Positions 9,222 to 19,439 of a DNA stretch of 55,206 bases are shown here, one piece after another. Origin of the DNA: Pseudomonadota bacterium (GTDB lineage: Bacteria > Pseudomonadota > Alphaproteobacteria > ATCC43930 > CGMCC-115725); NCBI GenBank assembly GCA_021812165.1, contig JAKAOO010000001.1:6045-61250 (forward strand), given 5' to 3'. Every line of letters starts with the position of its first letter. The stretch's first letter is position 1. Below the pieces are notes generated by a model that saw nothing but the letters and a program-made list of their open reading frames with translations, had not been told where the DNA came from and searched no databases. The position numbers were made by a program, and so were the translations under genes.

Positions 9222-10090
9222 TCAGGCGGCCATCGCCTGACCGGCGCTCTGGGCATAGTAGCGCGCCTCGGCTTTGGCGGGAGGAATATTGCCGATGGGT
9301 TCGAGCAGGCGCCGATGGTTGAACCAGTCGCCCCATTCGAGGGTGGCAAATTCCACCGCCTCGTGGGCCTTTAGCCCGCGGGCTTGACCCGCGGGATGGC
9401 GCCAGGGACCACGCCGACGGATCACCTCGGTCTTGAACAGCCCAATCACTGTCTCGGCCAGAGCATTGTCGTAGCTGTCGCCGACGCTGCCGACCGATGG
9501 CTCGATGCCGGCCTCGGCAAGCCGCTCGGTATAGCGGATCGAGACGTACTGGCTGGCGCGATCGCTATGGTGCACCAAGCCGGGAAGGAAGCGGCGCCGG
9601 TCATAGAGCGCCTGTTCCAGGGCATCCAAGACAAAGCCGGTCTCGGCCGATCGCGAGACCCGCCAGCCAGAGCCTGTCCTCGGGCGGGCGAAAGCCCGAC
9701 CCGTGGGATGCGGCGGGCGAAGACATCGATGACAAAGGCGACGTAGACAAACCCCTGCCAGGTCGCGACATAGGTGAAATCCGCCACCCACAGCGCCTTC
9801 GGTCGCGCCGCCTGGAACTGGCGGTTCACCTTGTCGCGCGGGCAGGGCGCGGCGGGATTGCCGATCGTCGTCTTCACTGCTTTGCCGCGGATCGCGCCCG
9901 ACAGCCCCATCTGCCGCATCAGCCGGTCGGTCGTACAGCGCGCCACCGCGATCCCCTCCCGGCCGAGCTGCCGCCAGACTTTGCGCACGCCGTAGACCCG
10001 GAAATTACCCTCCCAGACCCGGCGGATCGCGGATCGCAGGATCTCGTCCCGCCGCGCTCGGCATGCCGCTTTCCGCTCCTTGCTCGGCAT
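9222..10090 (-). pseudogene. IS3-family transposase OrfB, frameshifted; OrfA missing
   Basis: Two overlapping minus-strand frames cover the gene: 9446-10090 (NFRVYGVRKVWRQLGREGIAVARCT...LWVADFTYV...FVIDVFARRI) and 9222-9791 (VHHSDRASQYVS...DSYDNALAETVIGLFKTE...ATLEWGDWFNHRRL). An IS3-type terminus TGAACCGCTCCGAG lies at 9183. Only ~60 bp lie upstream of OrfB. Confidence 0.8.
9367..9395. repeat. 29-bp palindromic repeat unit GCCTTTAGCCCGCGGGCTTG(A/G)CCCGCGGG (copy 1, inside IS3 OrfB)
   Basis: A second copy lies at 25025-25053. The unit contains two self-complementary CCCGCGGG octamers. Confidence 0.8.
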
Positions 10091-10156
10091 CGCCGCCGGC
10101 CACCCGCCCCTTACCTACAAAATGTTGATTTCACCGGACCCAGAGGGATAAGACTT

Positions 10157-11602
10157 TGGGCCAAGACCGAAGCGCTCAGTCCCCTCTTCGATCTGGGGCT
10201 CGGCTATGAGGACTTCGAGACCGAGGCAGAACGGGTCGACGGGACGCTCGCGCACGCGATCGAGCGTTGGCCCCTTTATGTCGCCGAGCTCCAGGGATTT
10301 CGGCACCTGAAGGTGATCGCGCGCGACCGGTCCTGTGCGGCCGCGGCGATTTTGGCGAGCACTCGGGACATCTCCTACATGCTGCGTCGGCACGGGCCGC
10401 GCCTTCTCGGAGGGACCGGCGCCCGGCCTGCGTTCTGCTCGGAGATCGGCGAGATTTATCCCGTGAACGTGGCGCGCTCCTCTCGCCCCGGGCGCAGGCT
10501 CAATATCGTCATTCCGACGACGAAGCCGGCCGAGGTCTACGGAGGCGTCGCCACGGCAATCCGATGCGGGCGAGCCCTCTTCGAGGCCATGCGCGACACC
10601 TCTGAGACGCGGGTGATCGTGACCTCGGACGACGTCGAAAGGGGATCGATGTGCGAGATTGCGACTCGTTTCGAAAGCGCGTTCGCCTTGGCGGAGCCGA
10701 ACGACGAGGTCGACGGGATGGTCGTGGTGGATCTCCATAACCGGCGCTATTTGCCTCTCGCTTTGCGCGCAGGCGATGTGTTTTTTGCGACCGCTTGGTG
10801 GACGGCGGACCTCGCCTTTCGCTTGCGCGACCGCCAGAGGCAGATATTCGGGGCCGCGCCGAAGATCGTTTACCTCATCCAGGATTTTGAGCCCGGTTTC
10901 TACCAATGGTCCGCAAGGTACGCCCTCGCCGAGGCCACTTATTCTCGGGGCGGCGACACCGTCGCGCTGCTCAATAGCGAGGAGCTCGCGAATTTCCTAA
11001 CCGCCCGCTACCACCTCCCTTACGCCTTCCACGTTCCCTACGCCATCGATCCGGAAATCCTGGCCCATCTGAAACCCACGACGAAAGAAAAGAAGGTTCT
11101 GGCTTACGGGCGGCCAAGCGCCGTGCGCAATCTCTTTGAAACGCTCGTCGAGGGAATTCGCATCTGGCAGGGCCGGAACGCCCAGGCGAACAGCGCCTAC
11201 GAGGTCGTGTTCGCGGGAGAGGAGTTCGATCCCGGCCGCCTCGAACAGATCGAGCACGCGCGCTGCGCGGGCAAGCTCCCCCTCGGGGAGTACGCGGGGC
11301 TCCTCAACGAGACGGCAATTGGGATATCGTTGATGGTCAGCCCTCACCCGGGTTACTCTGCTCTCGAGATGGCGGCGGCGGGGTGCGTCGCGATCACCAG
11401 CCGCTATGAGGCAAAGGACCTCTCTCGTCGCGCCGAGAATATCCTCTCGCTCGATGTTGTCACGCCCGAGGGACTCGCCGACGCGCTCGACGCCGCCGCC
11501 GGTCGCGTCCGGTTCGACGCGCCCACCCCGCTCGCACCGATACGCAACGTCCCATGCAAAGTTCCGGCCGTCGAATATGCCGCAGCCGCGGAGCATTTGT
11601 AG
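10157..11602 (+). pseudogene. RgpF-type C-terminal remainder fused to WsaF-like glycosyltransferase domain, part 2 of interrupted gene
   Basis: WAKTEALSPLFDLGLGYEDFETEAERVDGTLAHAIERW completes the RgpF motif. The downstream YLIQDFEPGFY...GRPSAVRN...MVSPHPGYSALEMAAAG resembles the WsaF/GT4-like fold. Stop at 11602. Confidence 0.7.
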
Positions 11603-12302
11603 AACCGCCGGACGGTGCATACCGCTAGCCAAATAAGGCCTGTCATAGTATAGGTAGCGGTCTGAGTCCGTGCCTGAGCCAATAAAACGAGGCCGAGCCC
11701 GACGGCCGTCGCCGCGGCGATCAGGGATCATCCGATGTGTCTTTTCGAGAAAGGCCTATCAATCGGGTGATCCGTTTCGTCGAGCGGTAATTATGCGCTT
11801 GCCTCCTACTTAGAGGTTGGGCCGCGCGAGGTCGCACCCGATCCGCGACGCAGCAGGCTAATGACGCGGCCCTATACCGGTCATCGCCGAGCCACGTCAC
11901 GTCGTGCCGTGAGCACGGCAACGGTCATGCCGAACGGGTTCGAGGCCAGGACCCAGCAGCAGGCGGCTGATCTCCAGTGCCCCGCGGAAATAAGGGAGTT
12001 GTTGGGACCTCCAAAAGCGGGAGATTCTGCCCGCCGATAGGGGCAAAGTTTCCCGCCGATAGAGCCGCAAGCACGCCGCGAGGACTTCAGGCTCGCCGTT
12101 CGCCGGGTCGCGGCATCGGATGACGGATCTCGCGGGGCACTCCTGCGAAAAATAGAGGCCGCACCGGCGGCAGAGGCAAGGCGCCGGTCATTGATGAATA
12201 CGCCGGAGCGTGCGGCGGCATCGACGGCGCCACGCGATCCGGCCCTTCGACGAGCCCATTCGGAACTTGACATTCATATTTCTTCCTGCTGAAACTTCTA
12301 TC

Positions 12303-13037
12303 ATGGATGTGAAAAGCGCCAGGCGGACGGTCGATTTGTTCGAAGCCTTCGCGCGCTCGCAAGGGCCGCTGTCGCTCTCCGAACTGGCGCGGGCGCTCGC
12401 GATGCCGCATTCGAGCTGCTTCAACCTGGTGCGGGCGCTCGAGGGCCGGGGCTATCTTTATGCCGTGGGCGAGCGGCGGCGGCTTTATCCGACGCGACGG
12501 CTTTATCACGTGGCGAGCGCCATCGTTGCGGCGGAGCCGGTGGTGGCGCGGCTCGAACCGGCGCTCGCCCGGCTCAGGGACGCGACGCGCGAGACGGTCC
12601 TCCTCGGCAAGCGCCAAGGCGACCGCGCCCTCTATCTCGCCGTCCTCGAAGGGCCGCAGACCGTCCGCTACACGGCCGAGGTCGGCGCGCTCAAGCCGTT
12701 GCATTCGAGCGCCATCGGCAAGGCGCTGCTTTCGGCCCTCGGGCCTTCCGAGCGAGCCGAGACGGTGGCGCGCCTGCCGCTCGAAGCGATGACCGCGGCG
12801 ACCATCACCGATCCCGCTCTTCTTCTCGCCGAACTCGAAAGGGCGGCCGAACGCGGGTACGCCGAGACGCGGGGCGAGAACATCGCCGACGTCTCGGCCG
12901 TCGCGAGACCGGTTCGGATCGACGGCTCGCTCTACGCGGTCGCCGTTGCGGGGCCGATGCACCGCATGGCCGCGGACGTACCCTCGCACACGGCCGCGCT
13001 CGAAAAAGCCTGCGGGTCTCTTGGAGACGCGCGATGA
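12303..13037 (+). CDS. IclR family transcriptional regulator
   Basis: MDVKSARRTVDLFEAFARSQGPLSLSELARALAMPHSSCFNLVRALEGRGYLY is a winged HTH, followed by an IclR effector domain. Start ATG at 12303. The stop overlaps the next gene (ATGA). Confidence 0.85.
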   Translation: MDVKSARRTVDLFEAFARSQGPLSLSELARALAMPHSSCFNLVRALEGRGYLYAVGERRRLYPTRRLYHVASAIVAAEPVVARLEPALARLRDATRETVLLGKRQGDRALYLAVLEGPQTVRYTAEVGALKPLHSSAIGKALLSALGPSERAETVARLPLEAMTAATITDPALLLAELERAAERGYAETRGENIADVSAVARPVRIDGSLYAVAVAGPMHRMAADVPSHTAALEKACGSLGDAR

Positions 13038-13813
13038 GCGGTCTCGTTTCCGCCGCCCTGGAGAAGGGCGTGCTCTGGCTCACCTTGCGGCGGCCGCAGA
13101 AGCGGAACGCGCTGTCGCGCGCGCTCCTCGCAGAGTTGGCGGCGAGCTTCATGCGCTGGAGGGAACGGCAAGACCTCTGCGTCGCCCTGCTGACGGGCGA
13201 AGGGGAAAAGGCGTTTGCTTCGGGCGGCGACCTCGACGAGCTGAGCCTTCTCAGGGATGAGGCCGAGACGCTCCAATTCGCCAAAGAGACCCGCGGCGCG
13301 CTCGACACCATCCGCCGCTTTCCGGTTCCCGTCGTCGCGGGTTTGAACGGCGACGCTTTGGGCGGCGGGGCGGAGCTGGCGATGGCGTGCGACCTGCGGA
13401 TTGCGGCGCCGCACGCGCGGATCGGCTTTTTGCAGGGCCGGCTCAATATCGCGACCGCCTGGGGAGGCGGCACCGATCTTCTGCGGCTTTTGGGCTCGGC
13501 TCGCGCGCTTCTTCTGCTCGGGACGGCGGAAGCGCTCGACGCCAAACGCGCTCTCGAATTGGGTCTCGTCGATGGGGTGGCGCCCGAAGGCGAACCGTTC
13601 CGCGATTTTGTCGCCGCTTTTGCCTCCCGCCTTGCCGCCCGCAGGCCCCAAGTCATGCGCGCCTTCAAGGCGCTCGCGATCGCCCACCGCTTCGGGGCGG
13701 CGAACGCCGAGATGGCGGAAATCGAGAGTCGCGCCTTTACGGGCACCTGGGTTCATAGCGACCACTGGGCTGCGGCGGAGGCGATGTTTTCCCGTACCGG
13801 ACCGCAGAGGTAG
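13034..13813 (+). CDS. enoyl-CoA hydratase/isomerase family protein
   Basis: 259 aa. LLTGEGEKAFASGGDL, and NGDALGGGAELAMACDLRIA. Confidence 0.85.
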   Translation: MSGLVSAALEKGVLWLTLRRPQKRNALSRALLAELAASFMRWRERQDLCVALLTGEGEKAFASGGDLDELSLLRDEAETLQFAKETRGALDTIRRFPVPVVAGLNGDALGGGAELAMACDLRIAAPHARIGFLQGRLNIATAWGGGTDLLRLLGSARALLLLGTAEALDAKRALELGLVDGVAPEGEPFRDFVAAFASRLAARRPQVMRAFKALAIAHRFGAANAEMAEIESRAFTGTWVHSDHWAAAEAMFSRTGPQR

Positions 13814-13823
13814 GGAGGGATCG

Positions 13824-15455
13824 ATGTCGGTTGCCGAAAAGAGGTTCGAGTTCGTCGAATTGGAAAAGGCGCCGCCGACCCCTCTAGCGGTCACGCCCTC
13901 GGGCATCCCGCTGCCGGTGGTGGCGACGGCGGCCGACCATGATCCGAGAAGCGAGGGGCTTCCGGGGCAATTTCCCTTTACCCGCGGCGTCTTTGCCGAC
14001 GGCTATCAGGGCCGCCTGTGGACGATGCGCCAATACGCCGGGTTTGCGAGCGCGAAGGAATCGAACCGGCGCTACAAATTCCTCCTCGAAAGCGGCCAGA
14101 CCGGGCTCTCGGTCGCGCTCGATCTGCCGACGCAGTGCGGCTACGACCCGACGGATCCCATGGCGCGGCCGGAGGTCGGCAAGGTCGGGGTGTCTCTCGC
14201 AAGCCTTGCCGATATGGAGATCCTCTTCGACGGGATCGATCTCGCGCGCGTTTCGACCTCTTTCACCATCAACGGCACCGCGGCGATGATCTATGCGATG
14301 TACCTCGCCTGCGCCGACAAGCAGGGAGTGCCGCGGGAAAAGCTCACCGGGACGATCCAGAACGACATCCTCAAAGAGTATGTGGCGCGCGGCACCTGGA
14401 TCTTTCCGGTGCGGCCCTCGCTGCGCCTCATCGCCGACACCGTCCTTTATGCCAATGACGCGACGCCGCGCTTCAACCCGATCTCGGTCGCGGGCGCCCA
14501 TGTCCGCGACGCCGGATGCACGGCCGTCGAGGAGATGGCGTACACGCTCGCGAACGGCCTTGCCTATGTCGAGGAGCTGATCCGGCGCGGCGGCGACATC
14601 GAGAAATTCGCGAAACGCATGAGCTTTTTCTTTTACGTGCACATGGATTTCTTCGAGGAGGTGTGCAAATTCCGCGCGGCGCGGCGGCTTTGGGCGCGGC
14701 TTTTGAAAGAGCGCTATGGCGTCAAGGACGAAATGGCGCTCATGTTCCGCTTCGGCGTCGTCTGCGGCGGCTCCTCGCTCACGGCCGCCCAGCCCTACAA
14801 CAACATCGTCCGCGTCGCCGTCGAGCTGATGGCTGCCGTGATGGGCGGCGTGCAATCGGTCTTTACCGCGGCCTTCGACGAAGCCTTCCAGATTCCGACC
14901 GAGTTCTCCGCGGAGCTCGCGCTCAGAACGCAGCAGGTCATCGCCTATGAAAGCGGCATCGCCAAATCCGTCGATCCTTTGGGCGGAAGCCACCTCGTCG
15001 AATTTCTGACCGACCGCATGGAGGAGGAGATCCGGAAAGTGATGGGCGAGATCGACGCTTATGGAGGCGTCGTCAAGGCGATCGAGGAGGGGTGGCTGCA
15101 GGCGCGCCTTGCCGCTCGCGCGCTCGAACGCAAAATGGCGATCGACGAGCGGCGGAATATCGTCGTCGGGGTCAACGCCTTTCAAACCGAGGGCGAGAAG
15201 ATGGCCGGCGAGACCTTCAGGCTCGATCCCAATGCGAGGCGGAGCGTATTGGAGGCGTTTGCGGCGCTTCAGGAACGGCGCGACGCCGCGGCCGTCGAGA
15301 CGTCTCTGTCGCGTCTTTCCGAAGCGGCGGCGGGCGAGCGCGAGAACCTTCTGCCCTACCTCGTCGATTGCTGCCACGCCTATGCGACCATCGGCGAGAT
15401 GGCGGGCCGCCTCAAAAAGGAGTGGGGCAGCTTCCGGGAGCCGATCCGGTTATGA
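13824..15455 (+). CDS. B12-dependent acyl-CoA mutase, large (substrate-binding TIM-barrel) subunit; methylmalonyl-CoA mutase family, specificity unknown
   Basis: 543 aa from the ATG at 13824, preceded by GGGAGGGA. FPFTRGVFADGYQGRLWTMRQYAGFASAKESN, GQTGLSVALDLPTQCGYD, TGTIQNDILKEYVARGTWIFP, PYNNIVRVAVELMAAV. Confidence 0.9.
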   Translation: MSVAEKRFEFVELEKAPPTPLAVTPSGIPLPVVATAADHDPRSEGLPGQFPFTRGVFADGYQGRLWTMRQYAGFASAKESNRRYKFLLESGQTGLSVALDLPTQCGYDPTDPMARPEVGKVGVSLASLADMEILFDGIDLARVSTSFTINGTAAMIYAMYLACADKQGVPREKLTGTIQNDILKEYVARGTWIFPVRPSLRLIADTVLYANDATPRFNPISVAGAHVRDAGCTAVEEMAYTLANGLAYVEELIRRGGDIEKFAKRMSFFFYVHMDFFEEVCKFRAARRLWARLLKERYGVKDEMALMFRFGVVCGGSSLTAAQPYNNIVRVAVELMAAVMGGVQSVFTAAFDEAFQIPTEFSAELALRTQQVIAYESGIAKSVDPLGGSHLVEFLTDRMEEEIRKVMGEIDAYGGVVKAIEEGWLQARLAARALERKMAIDERRNIVVGVNAFQTEGEKMAGETFRLDPNARRSVLEAFAALQERRDAAAVETSLSRLSEAAAGERENLLPYLVDCCHAYATIGEMAGRLKKEWGSFREPIRL

Positions 15456-15865
15456 GCGGGGAACAGCGGGCGCCGCTCAAAGGTAAGCGCATCCTCGTCG
15501 CGAAGCCGGGGCTCGACGGCCACGACATCGGCGCCAAGGTCGTGGCGCTCGCGTTGCGGGACGCGGGAGCGGAAGTCGTCTATACCGGTCTTCGCAAGAG
15601 CCCCCAACACATCGCGCGCGTCGCGGTCGACGAAGACGTCGATGCGGTGGGGTTGAGCATCCTCTCCGGCAGCCACCGCGAGCTGGTGGCGGAGACGATG
15701 GCCTCCCTCGAAGCCCTCGGCGGCGGCGACATCAGGGTCTTTGTCGGCGGCACGATTCCGCCGGAAGACCAGGGCGAACTTCTCGCCATGGGCGTGCGGC
15801 GCATCTTTACGAGCGAGATGACGCTCGCCCGCGTGATCGCCGAGCTCGCGCAGGCGCTCTCGTGA
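15452..15865 (+). CDS. cobalamin-binding small subunit of the acyl-CoA mutase
   Basis: 137 aa. DxHxxG base-off/His-on motif in GLDGHDIGAKV, then SILSGSH. ATGA overlap with the large subunit. Confidence 0.9.
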   Translation: MSGEQRAPLKGKRILVAKPGLDGHDIGAKVVALALRDAGAEVVYTGLRKSPQHIARVAVDEDVDAVGLSILSGSHRELVAETMASLEALGGGDIRVFVGGTIPPEDQGELLAMGVRRIFTSEMTLARVIAELAQALS

Positions 15866-17057
15866 CGGGGCCGCGTCCTGAGCTTGTCGAAGGGCGCCGT
15901 CCTGAGCCTGTCGAAGGGCGCCGTCCTGAGCCTGTCGAAGGGCCTCTCGCCGGCATCCGCATTCTCGAAATCGGCCACATGCTGGCGGGCCCTTACGGCG
16001 GGCTTCTCCTCGCCGATCTCGGGGCCGACGTCGTCAAGATCGAGCCGCCTTCGGGCGATATCGCGCGGCGCGTCGGACCGCATTCCTTGGGGCCGCACAA
16101 CCTCTATTTCGCGAGCCTCAATCGCAACAAGAGAAGCGTCGTCATCGATCTCGCGACCGAAACGGGCCAAGGCGAGCTGCACAGGCTTTGCCGCGGCGCC
16201 CACGCGCTCCTCGTCAACCTTCGCCCGTCGGCGATCAAGAAGCTCGGCCTCACCTACGAGGCGCTCAAATCCGTCAACCCGCGTCTCGTCTGCGTCGCTT
16301 TGACTGGGTTCGGCCTCGACAGCCCATTCGCGGAGCGGCCCGCTTACGATTACGTCATCCAGGCAATGACGGGGATCATGGAGCTGACGGGCGACCCCGG
16401 AACCCCGCCTACCAAAACCGGCTATTCCGCCGTCGACAATTCGGCGGGGATCATGGCGGCGCTGGGGCTTCTCGCGAAGATCGTCGAAGGCAAGGGCGGG
16501 CAGGTCGATATCGCGATGTCCGACGTGATGCTTTCCCAGCTCAATTATCTCGCCTCGGCTTCGCTCAATGCCGGCGAGAAGAGCCGCCGGTACGCCGGCT
16601 CGGCCCATCCCTGGATCGTGCCGGCGCAGACCTTCCGCACGCGCGACGGGTGGCTTGCCCTCTTCATCACCCACGACGAATTCTGGCGCCGCTTTTGCAC
16701 CGAGATCGGCCGGCCGCAATGGATCCGGAAGGAAGCGTTTGCCACCATGGCGGCGCGCAACGCCAACCGCGAAGAGGTGGTTGAGAGGATTGCGGCGGTC
16801 ATCGCCGAGCGCGACACGAAGGAGTGGGTTCGCCGCCTCGCGCCCGTCGGCGTCGTCGTTGCCGGCGTCGAGACGCTCGAAGACGCGCTCGCAAGCGAGC
16901 AGGCGGCCGCGCGCTCCATGGTCGTCGAAATCCCGGTCGAAGGCGGGATCCTCCGCGCCGTCGGCAATCCGATCAAGGTGGACCGGGAGGAGAGCCGGTA
17001 CGCGCCGCCGCCGCTGCTTGGCGAGCATGACGGCATCCTGATCGAGGAGGGGGCGCG

Positions 17058-17061
<4 letters not shown>
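15862..17061 (+). CDS. family III (CaiB/BaiF) CoA-transferase
   Basis: GIRILEIGHMLAGPYGGLLLADLGADVVKIE and the downstream family III pattern. The GTG start overlaps the upstream stop (GTGA). The N-terminal 27 codons include a 3x 24-bp tandem repeat. Confidence 0.85.
15874..15943 (+). repeat. in-frame tandem repeat, 3 units of 24 bp (CGTCCTGAGC[C/T]TGTCGAAGGGCGC)
   Basis: Read directly at 15874-15897, 15898-15921 and 15922-15943. It encodes RPELVEG RRPEPVEG RRPEPVEG in the CoA-transferase frame. Confidence 0.95.
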
Positions 17062-17951
<890 letters not shown>

Positions 17952-17994
17952 AGACGAAGCCCTGCGGACGGGCGCTTGGCCCGCCGCCGGCCGG

Positions 17995-19431
17995 TTGACC
18001 CGCAAAGAGAGACTGAGAGTGCCGATTACGCTCGCCGTCGATTTCGGAAGTACCTATACCAAGGTCGTTGCAATCGACTGCGACGACGAGGTTTTGATCG
18101 GGGTGGCGCAGTCGCCGACGACCGTCGGCGACGGCGTCATGGTCGGATTGGATCGCGCTCTTCTGCGTCTTGAGGAGAGAAGCGGCGTCAAGCGCGGCGA
18201 CATTGCCGTGCGCGTTGCCTCCTCGAGCGCCGCCGGCGGATTGCGCATGGTGGCGATCGGGCTCGTTCCCGATCTGACGGCGGAGGCGGCGCGGCGGGCG
18301 GCGCTCGGCGCCGGCGCCAAGGTCCTGCGCGCATTCGCTTACGAGCTGTCGCGGCGCGATCTCGAGGAGATCGCGCGCATTCAACCCGATATCATCCTGC
18401 TTTCCGGCGGGACCGACGGCGGCGAGCGCAAAACCATCCTCAAGAACGCGGCGGCGCTGGCCTCGGCCCGGCCGAAAGCGCCGATCGTCGTCGCGGGAAA
18501 CCGCGCGGCCGAAGACGAAGTCGAGGCGATCCTCTGCGGCGCCGGCCTCGAATACACGATCGTCGAGAACGTGTTGCCCGAGCTCGACCGCCTCAACGTC
18601 GAGCCGGCCCGCGCCGCCATTCGCGCGATTTTTATGAATCGCATCACCCACGCCAAAGGGCTTGATCGGGCCGAAGCTTTCGTCGGCCGGATCGCGATGC
18701 CGACGCCGATGGCGGTGCTCGAAGGCGCAAGGCTGCTTTCGACCGGCGGCGGCGCTTGCGGAATGGGGGATCTCGTCGTCGTCGATGTCGGCGGCGCCAC
18801 CACCGACGTGCACTCGATCGGCAGCGGCGCGCCGTCAACGCCCGGGCTCGTCCCTCGCGGCTTGCCGGAGCCGTTCGCCAAGCGCACCGTCGAAGGCGAT
18901 CTCGGCATCCGCGTCAATGCGCCGACGATCGTCGAGACGGCGGGCGCCGAGCGCGTCATGGGCGCTCTCGAGGGCCGGCTCCAAAGAGACGCCCTTCTTG
19001 CGCGCGTGCGGCAACTGGCGGCAGAAGTCGACCGGGTGCCGCGCGACGACCTCGATCACGATCTCGACGCCGCGCTCGCGACAATCGCGATCGATGCGGC
19101 ACTCGAGCGCCATGCCGGTCGGGTCAGCACCGTCTATACGCCAATGGGCGCGGTGCAGCTTCTCCACGGCAAGGATTTGTCGGCGGCTGCGAGCGTGATC
19201 GGCACCGGCGGGGTGTTCGCATACGGCCGCAACCCGCGAAGGATCCTCGAAGCCGCCTGTTACGACCCGCATTCGCCGACGTCTTTGCGCCCGCGTGACC
19301 CGAGGCTCCTCGTTGACCGGCGCTACATTTTCTTTGCCGTCGGCCTGCTGGCGCCGGTGGCGCCGCGCGCGGCGGCCAATGTAATGCGGTGCCATCTTGC
19401 GGAAGCGGAAGATAGGAGCGGGGTCGTCTAG
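17995..19431 (+). CDS. GlmL/MutL-like protein (glutamate mutase component L family, ASKHA fold)
   Basis: ITLAVDFGSTYTKVVAID, SSSAAGGLRMVAIGL, ILLSGGTDGG and VVDVGGATTDVHS are actin-like ATPase phosphate motifs in the GlmL arrangement. The start is uncertain (TTG 17995 or GTG 18019). Confidence 0.7.
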   Translation: MTRKERLRVPITLAVDFGSTYTKVVAIDCDDEVLIGVAQSPTTVGDGVMVGLDRALLRLEERSGVKRGDIAVRVASSSAAGGLRMVAIGLVPDLTAEAARRAALGAGAKVLRAFAYELSRRDLEEIARIQPDIILLSGGTDGGERKTILKNAAALASARPKAPIVVAGNRAAEDEVEAILCGAGLEYTIVENVLPELDRLNVEPARAAIRAIFMNRITHAKGLDRAEAFVGRIAMPTPMAVLEGARLLSTGGGACGMGDLVVVDVGGATTDVHSIGSGAPSTPGLVPRGLPEPFAKRTVEGDLGIRVNAPTIVETAGAERVMGALEGRLQRDALLARVRQLAAEVDRVPRDDLDHDLDAALATIAIDAALERHAGRVSTVYTPMGAVQLLHGKDLSAAASVIGTGGVFAYGRNPRRILEAACYDPHSPTSLRPRDPRLLVDRRYIFFAVGLLAPVAPRAAANVMRCHLAEAEDRSGVV

Positions 19432-19439
19432 AGCAGGGT

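Larger units (their letters stand above)
8716..10156. mobile_element. nested, degenerate insertion: IS1595-like ends enclosing a tyrosine-recombinase fragment and a 5'-truncated, frameshifted IS3-family element
   Basis: Imperfect terminal inverted repeats: CAAAGAGGCTTATCCCTGTGCGTCCGG (8720-) versus the reverse complement of 10154-10158 inward, CAAAGTCTTATCCCTCTGGGTCCGG. The host frame resumes as WAKTEAL at 10157. No clean target-site duplication was seen. Confidence 0.7.

Noticed and set aside
9497-10156. N-terminal 220 codons of the 701-aa ORF 9497-11602.
   Set aside because: This part is antisense to the IS3 transposase and to the insertion end. Only the region from 10157 onward matches glycosyltransferase families.
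11404-11682. Small minus-strand ORF with a hydrophobic stretch (GLIWLAVCTV) just after the glycosyltransferase stop.
   Set aside because: Most of it overlaps the 3' end of the glycosyltransferase frame. It has no RBS and no recognisable family.
13814-13823. Searched upstream of the mutase, meaB-like and importer genes (also 19432-20064) for a cobalamin riboswitch.
   Set aside because: The spacers are either too short (10 nt) or occupied by REP/MITE-like units. I saw no B12-box-like core, but this was only an eye search.
15874-15943. Possible CRISPR-like or spacer-repeat structure.
   Set aside because: The units are directly adjacent with no spacers, there are only three copies, and they lie inside a coding frame. 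This is a tandem repeat, not a CRISPR array.
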